From Terriglobia bacterium (GTDB lineage Bacteria; Pseudomonadota; Alphaproteobacteria; Dongiales; Dongiaceae), in the NCBI GenBank assembly GCA_035539075.1, contig DATLJB010000078.1, positions 1 through 32,000 on the forward strand: 32,000 bases of DNA. The letters run 5' to 3'. Of this stretch, positions 1 through 8,032 are shown in pieces. The translations under genes and the position numbers were made by a program. The notes under the pieces are model-generated. The model had not been told where the DNA came from. It worked only from the letters and a program-made list of their open reading frames with translations, and ran no database searches. Positions within the stretch are counted from its first letter, which is position 1. Every line of letters begins with the position of its first letter.

Positions 1-1
1 G

Positions 2-430
2 CGCGGCATTCCGGTGATGGGCCATGTCGGCCTGATGCCGCAATCGGTGAATACGCAAGGCGGCTATCGCGCGCGTGGCCGGGCCACCGATGAGGGCGCC
101 GGCATCATGGCCGACGCCATCGCCATCGCCGAAGCTGGCGCCTTCGCCATCGTGGTTGAAGGCGTCATGGAGCAACTGGCCGTGGCCATTACCGGCCGGG
201 TGGCGGCACCCACCATCGGCATCGGCGCCTCGGCCGGTTGCGATGGCCAGGTTCTCGTGGTCGACGATATGCTGGGCCTGTTCAGCAGCTTCAAGCCGCG
301 TTTCGTCAAGCGCTATGCCGATCTCGGCAAGACCATCGACGAGGCGGCGGCGGCCTATGCTGCCGATGTACGCGGCCGCACCTTCCCGGGACCGGAACAT
401 ATTTTCGGTGCCATGAAGAAGTCGAGCTGA
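2..430 (+). CDS. panB: 3-methyl-2-oxobutanoate hydroxymethyltransferase, C-terminal part (5' end outside window)
   Basis: Frame is open from base 2 ([15 protein letters not shown]...). PanB-like GHxGLxPQ and GIGAS..CDGQVLV segments. panC follows 40 nt downstream on the same strand. Confidence 0.9.
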   Translation, partial: RGIPVMGHVGLMPQSVNTQGGYRARGRATDEGAGIMADAIAIAEAGAFAIVVEGVMEQLAVAITGRVAAPTIGIGASAGCDGQVLVVDDMLGLFSSFKPRFVKRYADLGKTIDEAAAAYAADVRGRTFPGPEHIFGAMKKSS

Positions 431-470
431 CCCACGCCTCATCAAGACGCAGAGTAAAGGGAAAACCGCG

Positions 471-1316
471 ATGTCGACGCCGGTTGTTCGCAGCATTGCC
501 GCCTTGCGCGTGACGGTTCGCAACTTCCGGCAGGCAGGCGACAAGATCGGCCTCATCCCGACCATGGGGGCGCTGCATGACGGCCATCTGGCGCTGGTTG
601 CCGCTGCCAAAGCGCGCGGCTGCAAGGCGGTTGCCACTATTTTCGTCAATCCGAAGCAATTCAGCCCGAGCGAGGATCTCGCTACCTATCCCCGCGATGA
701 AGCCGGCGATCTTGCCAGGCTGACGGCGGCGGGAACCGATCTGCTGTTTGCGCCGCTGCCGGAAGAAGTCTATCCGACGGGTTTCGCGACTGCCGTCGAT
801 GTTGCCGGCGTCAGCGATCATCTCTGCGGCGCGACCCGGCCGCATTTCTTCGGCGGTGTCGCAACCGTGGTCACCAAACTGCTGCTGCAGGCGCTGCCGG
901 ATATGGCTTTTTTCGGCGAGAAGGACTTCCAGCAGTTGCAGGTGATCCGCCGGCTGGTCCGTGATCTCGACATTCCGGTCGAGATCGTCGGCGTACCGAC
1001 CGTGCGCGAGGCCGACGATCTCGCCATGTCGTCGCGCAATCGCTATCTGTCAGCCGACCAGCGCCTGACGGCCGGGCATTTGCCGTTGATCATGCGCAAT
1101 CTCGCCGAAACCCTGCGCGACGGGAAGCCGGCGGAGGACCGCATCCTTGCCGCCAAGGATCGTCTGCTGGCGGCTGGTTTCGACAAGGTCGATTATCTGG
1201 AACTCTGTGACGCGGAACTGGTTCAACCGATTGCAGCGGCAAGGCCGCCATGCCGGCTTTTCGTCGCCGCCTTCGTCGGCCGCACCAGGCTGATCGACAA
1301 CTGGCCGGTCCTGTAA
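471..1316 (+). CDS. panC: pantoate--beta-alanine ligase
   Basis: ATG at 471, 281 aa. PTMGALHDGHLALV (HIGH-type motif) and a PanC-like overall pattern. Classic panB-panC order. Confidence 0.93.
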   Translation: MSTPVVRSIAALRVTVRNFRQAGDKIGLIPTMGALHDGHLALVAAAKARGCKAVATIFVNPKQFSPSEDLATYPRDEAGDLARLTAAGTDLLFAPLPEEVYPTGFATAVDVAGVSDHLCGATRPHFFGGVATVVTKLLLQALPDMAFFGEKDFQQLQVIRRLVRDLDIPVEIVGVPTVREADDLAMSSRNRYLSADQRLTAGHLPLIMRNLAETLRDGKPAEDRILAAKDRLLAAGFDKVDYLELCDAELVQPIAAARPPCRLFVAAFVGRTRLIDNWPVL

Positions 1317-1361
1317 CCGCCGCCGCCCTCATCGGCGCCGCGAACCGATCGGGAGGAGCCC

Positions 1362-1658
1362 ATGGATATCGCCGGCTTTCGCGCCTCGCTGTCTCAGGCC
1401 GCGCCGCCGCAAGGCCTGTCCTGCGCGCTGCAGGCCTTGTGGTGGGATGCCAAGGGCGATTGGCACAAGGCGCATGAGCAGGCCCAGGCCAAGGAAGATG
1501 CGGCCGGCAACTGGGTCCACGGCTATCTGCATCGCAAGGAAGGCGATCTCGGCAATGCCGGCTACTGGTATCGCCGCGCCGATCGCCCCGTCGCCCGGGT
1601 CGGGCTCGATCAGGAATGGCAGGCGATTGTCACCGCCCTGATTGCGGATCGCGGATGA
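1362..1658 (+). CDS. small conserved hypothetical protein (98 aa)
   Basis: ATG preceded by GGGAGGAG. GC-rich third codon positions. The WWDAKGDW...WVHGYLHRKEGD..NAGYWYRRA pattern looks like a conserved proteobacterial small-protein family. Function unknown. Confidence 0.65.
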   Translation: MDIAGFRASLSQAAPPQGLSCALQALWWDAKGDWHKAHEQAQAKEDAAGNWVHGYLHRKEGDLGNAGYWYRRADRPVARVGLDQEWQAIVTALIADRG

Positions 1659-1696
1659 TCAGCGCCAGCACCGGGTGACAGCGAGCCGGTCGACCG

Positions 1697-2179
1697 TCAC
1701 GCCTTCCGCTGCTTGACGATCGGCTGCACGAATTGCGGTTCGATATCCCAGGGGAAATAGATCCAGGTATCCTGGCTGACTTCGGTGACGAAGGTATCGA
1801 CCAGCGGCCGGCCGGCCGGCTTGGCATAGATGGTGGCGAAATGCGCCTTCGGCAGCATCTCGCGGACGAACTTCGCGGTGCGCCCGGTATCAACCAGGTC
1901 GTCGATGATCAGCCAGCCCTCGCCGTCGCCGCCGATGCCTTTCAGGAGATTGATCTCGCCCGGCCGATGCTCATCGCTATAGCTCGCCATGCAGACGGTA
2001 TCGATCAGGCGGATGTCGAGTTCGCGGGCGATGATCGCCGCCGGCACCAGCCCGCCGCGGGTGATGGCGACAATGCCCTTCCATTCCGTGGTGCCGAGCA
2101 GGCGCCAGGCCAGGGCCTTGGCGGTGCGGTGCAATTCTTCCCAGGAAACCGGGAAATGCTTCTGCTGGCTGACGGACAT
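1697..2179 (-). CDS. gpt: xanthine-guanine phosphoribosyltransferase
   Basis: Near-collinear with the Gpt pattern ([58 protein letters not shown]). The ORF-track start at 2182 is TTG. The ATG at 2179 follows a GGGGG Shine-Dalgarno-like run. Confidence 0.92.
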   Translation of the reverse strand: MSVSQQKHFPVSWEELHRTAKALAWRLLGTTEWKGIVAITRGGLVPAAIIARELDIRLIDTVCMASYSDEHRPGEINLLKGIGGDGEGWLIIDDLVDTGRTAKFVREMLPKAHFATIYAKPAGRPLVDTFVTEVSQDTWIYFPWDIEPQFVQPIVKQRKA

Positions 2180-2282
2180 CAAAGCCCCCTGCTATGAGCG
2201 CGGCCGGTCGCCGCAAACGGCGGGATCAATAGCGGATCGCCCCGCTCTCGGCAAGCCGCCGCCTGGCCAGCGGCCGAGCGGA

Positions 2283-2328
2283 TCCCCAAAACGAAACCGG
2301 CACTCAAGCTATGCGCCTGGGTGCCGGT
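2283..2328 (-). terminator. candidate intrinsic terminator downstream of the lipoprotein gene
   Basis: ACCGGCAC (2296-2303) pairs with GTGCCGGT (2321-2328). On the minus strand it is followed by TTCGTTTTGGGG. The 17-nt loop makes it a weak candidate. Confidence 0.3.
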
Positions 2329-2439
2329 CCGGTTTGAGGTTACGTCCGGCCGGGGCCGGGAGCGTAGAGGGTGAACTGCCTGACGCCGATATTAGCCTAA
2401 AAGCCGGTCCGGCGCAAAATCCGTTGAGCGCAGGTAAAG

Positions 2440-3543
2440 TTAGCGCACGTAGAGATGGACCTCGTTGGTCTGGACATTGGGGTCGGTCACCTGGGTGACG
2501 CTGAGCCGGTCCTGCGGCAGGCCCATATTGAGCAGTGAGCGCATGACCTTGTTGGCATTGGTCCGGGCGATGTCGCTGTTGAGGGCGACTTCGGCCGGCG
2601 TGCCATTGGCCGGCGCCACCGCGACCAGGTCGAAACCGGCATTGGGGCGCCGCTCCAGCGCCTTGCTGGTCGCCTGATAGAGCGCCTGCTCATAATCCAC
2701 ATTGGCCTTGTCGAAGCGGATGATGACCAGCGGCCGGCCGGTTGCCATGCCGGTACCCGGCTGGGCCATCGGCTGCGGCTGCGGCGTCGTGCGGTTCGCC
2801 AGCGTCGTCCCGTAGAACTCGCCGTTATTCACCGCCATGGCCAATTCCGTCAGGTTGCTGCGCTCGATGCCGAGGAAGCGGTTCTGCCGGTTGATGTCAT
2901 CGCTGAGCTGGTTGAGCAGCCGGTCGATCGAAACCGAGGTCTGCTGGGTCGAATCTTCCAGGATGCGCAGCTGCCGGTGATCCTCGTCGACCGCGCCCGA
3001 AACTGTATAGGAGGCGCGGATCGAATCCAGCAGATAGGAGGCGAAGGCGGCGTTATTGGCCACGTCATTGGCCAGCTGGTTCATCTGGTTGAGGTCGCTG
3101 TCGACCCCGCCCAGCTCGTTCTGCGCCTGCTTCCAGGCGGAGACGACGCCGGGATTGCCCGGCGTGGTGCCGATCTGCAGCTTGGCATTGATGGCGCCGA
3201 CGGTAGTCTGATAGGTCGAGGCGTTCTGCTCGGCATCCTCGTGCAGCTGCTGATGGCGAGTCGCCTGCTGCTGCACGCCCTGCTGCAGCTTGGTCAGGTC
3301 GGCGCGGAAATCGACCACGCGCTGGCCGACCAGCGTACCGGTCGGCTTGCCGGGCTGCGAATTATCAAGCTGCGCGACTGTGATCGGCTTGGCCGGCGCC
3401 GGTGCCGCTGCTGCGGTATTGGCCCCCATCGGCGCGCCGGAAGTGCCGGAATTGACCGGCGATACGCCGTTCTGGGTTGTTTGGCAGGCGCCCAACGCCA
3501 TCCCCGCGGTGATCAGGACCGCGATTTGCCTCAGCTTTTTCAT
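2440..3543 (-). CDS. lipoprotein of unknown function: Gln-rich helical middle, weakly OmpA-C-like C-terminus
   Basis: The internal ATG at 3543 gives MKKLRQIAVLITAGMALGAC, a signal peptide with lipobox LGAC. An Ala/Pro linker is followed by a Q-rich region. The C-terminal pattern ...ARTNANKVMRSLLNMGLPQDRLSV... resembles OmpA-like domains only loosely. Confidence 0.75.
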   Translation of the reverse strand: MKKLRQIAVLITAGMALGACQTTQNGVSPVNSGTSGAPMGANTAAAAPAPAKPITVAQLDNSQPGKPTGTLVGQRVVDFRADLTKLQQGVQQQATRHQQLHEDAEQNASTYQTTVGAINAKLQIGTTPGNPGVVSAWKQAQNELGGVDSDLNQMNQLANDVANNAAFASYLLDSIRASYTVSGAVDEDHRQLRILEDSTQQTSVSIDRLLNQLSDDINRQNRFLGIERSNLTELAMAVNNGEFYGTTLANRTTPQPQPMAQPGTGMATGRPLVIIRFDKANVDYEQALYQATSKALERRPNAGFDLVAVAPANGTPAEVALNSDIARTNANKVMRSLLNMGLPQDRLSVTQVTDPNVQTNEVHLYVR

Positions 3544-3754
3544 TGATGCCCGAACCCCACCAAGCGGCATGATGATGTGCCGATTAATCCCTGAATTGTT
3601 TGGCAGCTTTTGCGTAAATAATCAACCGCCTTGCCCAAATCGTGGCAGCTCTAGGCTTTCCACGGGCGGGGCCGCGAGGGGCGCCGCGGCGACATATGGC
3701 AATCTTCCGAAGGCACCGTCCGGGCGGCGTTTTTTACCGTGATAATCCAGCTGA

Positions 3755-3768
3755 CTCAGCGGTTTAAG
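3755..3768 (+). repeat. 14-bp direct repeat CTCAGCGGTTTAAG, copy 1 (upstream of tRNA-Arg)
   Basis: Exact match to 3978-3991. Followed by T-CTTTAT, which precedes copy 2. Confidence 0.8.
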
Positions 3769-3894
3769 TCTTTATGACGAGATTTTTGCAATGATCCGCA
3801 TTCGGGACTTGCCAGCCCAGGTTCCGCCGTGTAGGTTCCGCCACCGCAAGCGACCGCTGCCCCTTGCGGGCATTCGTAACGCGGTTCTGCGAGT

Positions 3895-3971
3895 GCGCCC
3901 GTAGCTCAATTGGATAGAGCATCTGACTACGAATCAGAAGGCTGGAGGTTCGAGTCCTTCCGGGCGCGCCA
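3895..3971 (+). tRNA. tRNA-Arg (anticodon ACG)
   Basis: 77 nt cloverleaf read by hand. Acceptor GCGCCCG/CGGGCGC, D stem GCTC/GAGC, anticodon stem TCTGA/TCAGA with loop CT-ACG-AA, T arm GGAGG-TTCGAGT-CCTTC, discriminator G and encoded CCA. Confidence 0.95.
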
Positions 3972-3977
3972 CTTTAT

Positions 3978-3991
3978 CTCAGCGGTTTAAG
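3978..3991 (+). repeat. 14-bp direct repeat CTCAGCGGTTTAAG, copy 2 (6 nt after the tRNA CCA end)
   Basis: Exact match to 3755-3768. Preceded by CTTTAT. Confidence 0.8.
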
Positions 3992-4090
3992 AAAGCCGCC
4001 CGGTTCCTTAAATCTTCTCGGGCCGGTTTGCCTGGCTCTGTCCTAGGTCGAGGCTTGAACCTCGCCGATCTCTTCTGTCACTTTCGCTGT

Positions 4091-4450
4091 CTAGGTCGCC
4101 AGTGACTTCACCTCGCCGGCAACCACGGCGAAGCCACCCCCGGCCTGGCCGATCATTGCGTCACGCTTGCCCGCCAGCTGCGCCAGAACCTCTTATGCAG
4201 CCGCTATGTCAGCCGTCATGACCGCGAAACCCGCCTTGCGGGAAGCGCTTCGGCGCTTCTGCATAGGCAGCTGCCATGGTATCGACGGCTTGATGTTGTC
4301 TGGCGAGGTCTTCGCCGAATTGCTGACCCTTGCTGACAAATTCCTCATATGCGCGGCGCCGCCGAGACCATGCTTCAGTCGCGTACCGGAAGGCTTTTCC
4401 GATACCGATACTCCGCCCGAAGAAAATACCCAGGCACTAAGGGGCGACAT
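4091..4450 (-). pseudogene. relic of a methyl-accepting chemotaxis protein signalling domain (in-frame stop, 3' half missing)
   Basis: The minus-strand frame reads ...VMTADIAAA*EVLAQLAGKRDAMIGQAGGGFAVVAGEVKSLAT*. Spacing matches the MCP hairpin-tip signature (..DIA.QTNLLALNA.IEAARAGE.G.GFAVVA.EV..LA). The invariant core is degraded, there is an internal TAA at 4193-4195, and the frame ends at 4091. Confidence 0.5.
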
Positions 4451-4600
4451 CGCCGATGGCAGATTTCGGGGAATATTGCGCGACTTGAGTGACCTAGATC
4501 AGCGAGAGCATGGAAAGGCTTCCGGCCCAGGCCGCGTCGGTCATGTTCCGGCTACCTCAGCGCGGCAGCGGCAGGAAGAAGCCGAGTTTGAGCGCCAGGC

Positions 4601-5257
4601 TCAGCGATGGTCGAAGAACCGGGCGACCCGGTCGCCGATCGCCTGGATGAGCGAGACGAGGGCGATCAGCACGACAATGACCGCGATCATCACGCCGGTC
4701 TCGAAACGCTGGTAGCCATAGCGGATCGCAAGATCGCCCAGGCCCCCGGCGCCGACGGCGCCAGCCATTGCCGAAGCGCCGATCAGCAGAACCAGGGTCA
4801 CGGTGAAACCGGCGACAAGGCTTGGCAGAGCTTCCGGCACCAGGACCTCGCGCACGATGGTCCAGCGATTGCCGCCCATGGCGCGCACTGCGTCGATCAG
4901 ATTGCCGTCGACCTCGCGCAGGGCCACTTCGGCGACACGGCCGAAATAGGGAATGGCGGAGACCGTCAGCGGCACGATCGCCGCCGCGGTGCCGATCGAG
5001 GTCCCGATGATCAGGCGCGTGAGGGGAATCAGCGCCACCAGCAGGATGATGAAAGGGAGCGACCGGAAGGCATTGACGATCGCGCCCAGCACACGGTTCA
5101 GCCAAGGGTACGGCCAGATGCCGTCTGCGGCGGTAGCCACCAGAATGAGCCCCAGGGGTAAACCGAAGATGAACCCCAGGGCACCGGAAGCGAAGGTCAT
5201 GGCAAGCGTTTGCCAAAGTGCATTGAGCAGAGCGCCGTAAGGCAGGTCGAATGTCAT
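4601..5257 (-). CDS. metI: D-methionine ABC transporter permease
   Basis: MetI-like polytopic protein (..NAFRSLPFIILLVALIPLTR.., GGLGDLAIRYGYQRF). The ATG at 5257 shares one base with the metN stop (TGATG). The track start at 5260 is TTG. Confidence 0.9.
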   Translation of the reverse strand: MTFDLPYGALLNALWQTLAMTFASGALGFIFGLPLGLILVATAADGIWPYPWLNRVLGAIVNAFRSLPFIILLVALIPLTRLIIGTSIGTAAAIVPLTVSAIPYFGRVAEVALREVDGNLIDAVRAMGGNRWTIVREVLVPEALPSLVAGFTVTLVLLIGASAMAGAVGAGGLGDLAIRYGYQRFETGVMIAVIVVLIALVSLIQAIGDRVARFFDHR

Positions 5258-6015
5258 CAAAAGGTCTCCAATCCGAGCTGGGCGGCGGCGAGCAGGCGCT
5301 TGGCGATGTCGGATTGTGGATCGGCAAAGACACGGTCCGTGGCGCCCTGTTCGACGATGCGGCCCTGATCGAGTACGACGACGCGGTCGCTGATGGACCG
5401 GATGACCGCCATCTCATGGGTGATCAGCAGGATGGTGACGCCAAGCTTGCGGTTGATATCTTTCAGCAGGCCAAGGATCGAGGTGGTGGTTTCCGGGTCG
5501 AGGGCGGATGTTGCCTCGTCGGAGAGCAGCAGCGCCGGCTGGGCTGCTAAAGCCCGCGCGATGCCGACACGCTGCTTCTGCCCGCCGGACAATTGCGCCG
5601 GATAGGTATCCGCCTTGGCTTCCAGGCCGACGAGCGACAGCAATTCGGCAACGCGCGCCTTGCGCTCGGCACGGGCGCGTCCGGCGATCTTCAGCGGCAA
5701 GGCAATGTTGTCGGCAACGGTCTTCGAAGAAAGCAGGTTGAAATGCTGGAAAACCATGCCGATGCGGCCGCGAATCTTCTGCAAGGCGCGTTCGCCGAGC
5801 GGCACGATGTCCTGCAGCTGCTCGTCCGGGTCGAGGATCTCGATCCGTCCCGAATCGGGCTTCTCGAGGCCGTTGATGCAGCGGATCAGCGTCGATTTCC
5901 CGGCGCCGCTGCGGCCGATGATGCCAAGAATCTCGCCGCGATTGATATCGAGCGAGATGTCCGTCACGGCAGCATGCGTGCCGAAGCGCTTGGTGACGCC
6001 GGTTAGGCGCAGCAT
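5257..6015 (-). CDS. metN: methionine ABC transporter ATP-binding protein (no C-terminal NIL/C2 domain)
   Basis: [12 protein letters not shown] aligns with the MetN N-terminus. Walker [10 protein letters not shown], signature LSGGQKQRV, Walker [13 protein letters not shown]. Ends about 30 aa after the ABC core. The start was chosen by N-terminal alignment; ATGs at 6045 and 6051 are alternatives. Confidence 0.85.
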   Translation of the reverse strand: MLRLTGVTKRFGTHAAVTDISLDINRGEILGIIGRSGAGKSTLIRCINGLEKPDSGRIEILDPDEQLQDIVPLGERALQKIRGRIGMVFQHFNLLSSKTVADNIALPLKIAGRARAERKARVAELLSLVGLEAKADTYPAQLSGGQKQRVGIARALAAQPALLLSDEATSALDPETTTSILGLLKDINRKLGVTILLITHEMAVIRSISDRVVVLDQGRIVEQGATDRVFADPQSDIAKRLLAAAQLGLETF

Positions 6016-6061
6016 CGGAAGGGCGACGGGATTGAGCGAGTTCATGGCCATACAATTCAAA

Positions 6062-6091
6062 GGACCATGCGCCGATCTGGGCGCATGGTCC
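6062..6091 (-). terminator. strong intercistronic stem-loop between metQ and metN (partial terminator or mRNA stabiliser)
   Basis: GGACCATGCGCC (6062-6073) pairs perfectly with GGCGCATGGTCC (6080-6091), giving a 12-bp stem and 6-nt loop. On the minus strand it is followed by TTTGAATTGT. Confidence 0.55.
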
Positions 6092-6114
6092 GGTAGGTGA
6101 AGATTGCGAAGGGC

Positions 6115-6918
6115 TTACCAGGCCGGCAGGGCGGTGCCCTTATAGACCTTGGCCAGCGTCTCCTTCACGGTATCGTTCTGATATGCCGCAACCAGGGTCT
6201 TGACCCAAGGCTTATTTTCGTCGCCTTGCTTCACGGCGATGAAGTTGCGGTATGGGTTGTTGTCGACCGCCTCGGTCGCGATACGGTCCTGCTGGGTCAG
6301 GTTGGACTTGATGGCCCAGTCGGTGTTGACGACGGCGGCGCTGAGATCGTCGATCGAACGGCCGACGATGCCGGCATCAAGCTCTTTGACCTCCAGCTTC
6401 TTCGGGTTGTCGACGATATCGGCAGTGGTCGCGAGAATGCCGGCATCCGGCTTCAGCTTGATGAGGCCCTCGGCCTCAAGCAGCCTCAGCGCCCGGCCTT
6501 CGTTGCTGGGATCGTTGGGCACGCCGATCACGGCGCCTTCCGGCAATCCGGCGACCGAATGCACCTTCTTCGAATAGAGGCCGATCGGCCAGACCGCGGT
6601 ATAGCCGACGGGCACGATGTGATAGCCGCGGGTCTTGATCTGGTTGTCGAGATAGGGCTTGTGCTGAAATGCGTTGGCGTCGAGCTCGCCATTTTCCAGC
6701 GCTTCGTTCGGCTGCGTGTAATCGTTGAAGGCAGTCAGCTTGATGGTGAGGCCATGCTCCGCAGCGACCTTCGAAACCACCGCCCAGACGTCCTCGTCTT
6801 CGGCGCTCATGATGCCGACGCGGATCGTTTGGTCGGCAGAGGCATGATTGGCGGCCAAGGCCGGCAGCAAAGCGAGACCGGCTGCAAGCAGCAAGCGGCG
6901 GGTGAATTGGATGGACAA
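6115..6918 (-). CDS. metQ: methionine ABC transporter substrate-binding protein (NlpA/MetQ family)
   Basis: MetQ-like mature sequence (IRVGIMSAEDEDVW.., NAFQHKPYLDNQ, PNDPSNEGRALRLLE). The TTG at 6918 lies 6 nt after GGAGA and gives MSIQFTRRLLLAAGLALLPALAANHASA, a signal peptide. In-frame ATGs at 6960 and 7041 are alternatives. Confidence 0.85.
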   Translation of the reverse strand: MSIQFTRRLLLAAGLALLPALAANHASADQTIRVGIMSAEDEDVWAVVSKVAAEHGLTIKLTAFNDYTQPNEALENGELDANAFQHKPYLDNQIKTRGYHIVPVGYTAVWPIGLYSKKVHSVAGLPEGAVIGVPNDPSNEGRALRLLEAEGLIKLKPDAGILATTADIVDNPKKLEVKELDAGIVGRSIDDLSAAVVNTDWAIKSNLTQQDRIATEAVDNNPYRNFIAVKQGDENKPWVKTLVAAYQNDTVKETLAKVYKGTALPAW

Positions 6919-7150
6919 GATCAATCTCCGATTTGGGATGGAACACGATGCCGCCCGCATATGGGCGAGGCGGCGATAAATCAGGCCCTGGCCTGGTTTG
7001 AGCGCAGATGCTTTTTTCGAGAACAAGCGATCGCGCTTCATGTGAAAGAAATATCAATCCTGGGACGCAACGACGAACGAGACTTTCTCACGTGATTGGG
7101 AGAATTTCTTGATAATCTGCGAGTCGCGGCCGAGCCGGACGACGTCGCCG

Positions 7151-8032
7151 TCAAACAGCCCTGAGCACCTGCCTTTCCAGATGCGCAAGTTCCATGTCTT
7201 CGAGGGCGCGGGGCCGCTTCTGTGACACCATTTCGTCGAAGACGATGCCGCCATCACGCAGCACCAGCACACGATCTGCGAGGGTGATCGCCTCATGCAC
7301 GTCATGGGTGATCAGGATCGGTGTGAAGCGATGCTGCTGCCAGATCTGGGTGAGGAGCTGATGCATCTCGATCCGGGTCAGGGCATCGAGCGCGCCGAAA
7401 GGTTCGTCGAGCAGCAGGACACCCGGGTGATTGACGAGGGCGCGGGCCAGGGCGACGCGTTGGCGCTGGCCGCCGGACAGTACCGCCGGCCAGTCCTGGG
7501 CGCGATCGGCGAGGCCGACATCGCGCAAGGCGGCAAGGGCGGTCTCGCGCCAGTCGGGGCCGCGGGCGATGCCGACATTGGAAAGCACCCGTTGCCAGGG
7601 CAGCAGCCGCGCTTCCTGGAACAGCAGGCACACGGCGGACTGCAGGCCGTCGACTTCCTGGCCGGCGATGGCGATGCGTCCGCTGCTGGGGCTGTCAAGG
7701 CCGGTCAGCAGGCGCAGCAAGGTGGACTTGCCGCCGCCGGAGCGACCGACAATGGCAACGAACTGCCCCGCCGGTATCTCGAGATCGATGCCTTTCAGGA
7801 TATCCCGCCGGCCGAAGGAGTTGGTGACGCCCTGCAGGCTGATCGCCAAGCCCTTGCCATGGGAAGCGGCGGAAGCATGCCCGTCGAGGCGCGGGGGCGA
7901 CACGTCTTCGCCGCTCTGAAGCGAAGGCTGTGGCGGAAATGAAGCCGGGTTGGCATCCGGCCGGTAGATCTGCTGGCGCCGGTCGCCGACGGTGGTCTTG
8001 GCATGTCCGAATTCCGCGGTATTGGCCGTCAT
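7151..8032 (-). CDS. ssuB: aliphatic sulfonate ABC transporter ATP-binding protein
   Basis: The ATG at 8032 overlaps the ssuC stop (ATGA). Walker A GRSGGGKST, LSGGQRQRVALARAL, LLLDEPFGALD. About 60 aa of Pro/Ser-rich N-terminal extension precede the ABC core. The 561-aa track ORF is an upstream read-through artefact. Confidence 0.85.
   Translation of the reverse strand: MTANTAEFGHAKTTVGDRRQQIYRPDANPASFPPQPSLQSGEDVSPPRLDGHASAASHGKGLAISLQGVTNSFGRRDILKGIDLEIPAGQFVAIVGRSGGGKSTLLRLLTGLDSPSSGRIAIAGQEVDGLQSAVCLLFQEARLLPWQRVLSNVGIARGPDWRETALAALRDVGLADRAQDWPAVLSGGQRQRVALARALVNHPGVLLLDEPFGALDALTRIEMHQLLTQIWQQHRFTPILITHDVHEAITLADRVLVLRDGGIVFDEMVSQKRPRALEDMELAHLERQVLRAV

Noticed and set aside
3717-3735. 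Short hairpin CGTC-CGGGC-GGCG followed by TTTTTT upstream of the tRNA, possibly ending a small plus-strand transcript.
   Set aside because: The stem is only 4 bp including a G-U pair, with no upstream promoter-like element or coding partner. Too weak to call.
3895-4600. Genomic island integrated at tRNA-Arg.
   Set aside because: No integrase, no repeat of the tRNA 3' end, and housekeeping-type genes resume immediately (metI). Only a pseudogene relic and a non-tRNA 14-bp repeat are present, and these are reported separately as a possible scar.
4167-4715. 182-aa plus-strand ORF in the tRNA-metI gap.
   Set aside because: It starts at TTG, runs antisense to the MCP relic and into metI, and has no recognisable motif and a skewed composition.
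6919-7150. Possible SAM-II/SAM-V-type riboswitch in the metQ leader. On the minus strand it reads GCGAUCGCUUGUUCUCGAAAAAAGCAUC, where GCUU could pair with AAGC. The leaders of the PLP gene (16491-16849) and mtnK (26448-26600) were inspected in the same way.
   Set aside because: I cannot reproduce the covariation-model consensus from memory reliably. The match is a few nucleotides, and no clear pseudoknot architecture emerged. A cmsearch with Rfam RF00521/RF01826 would decide.
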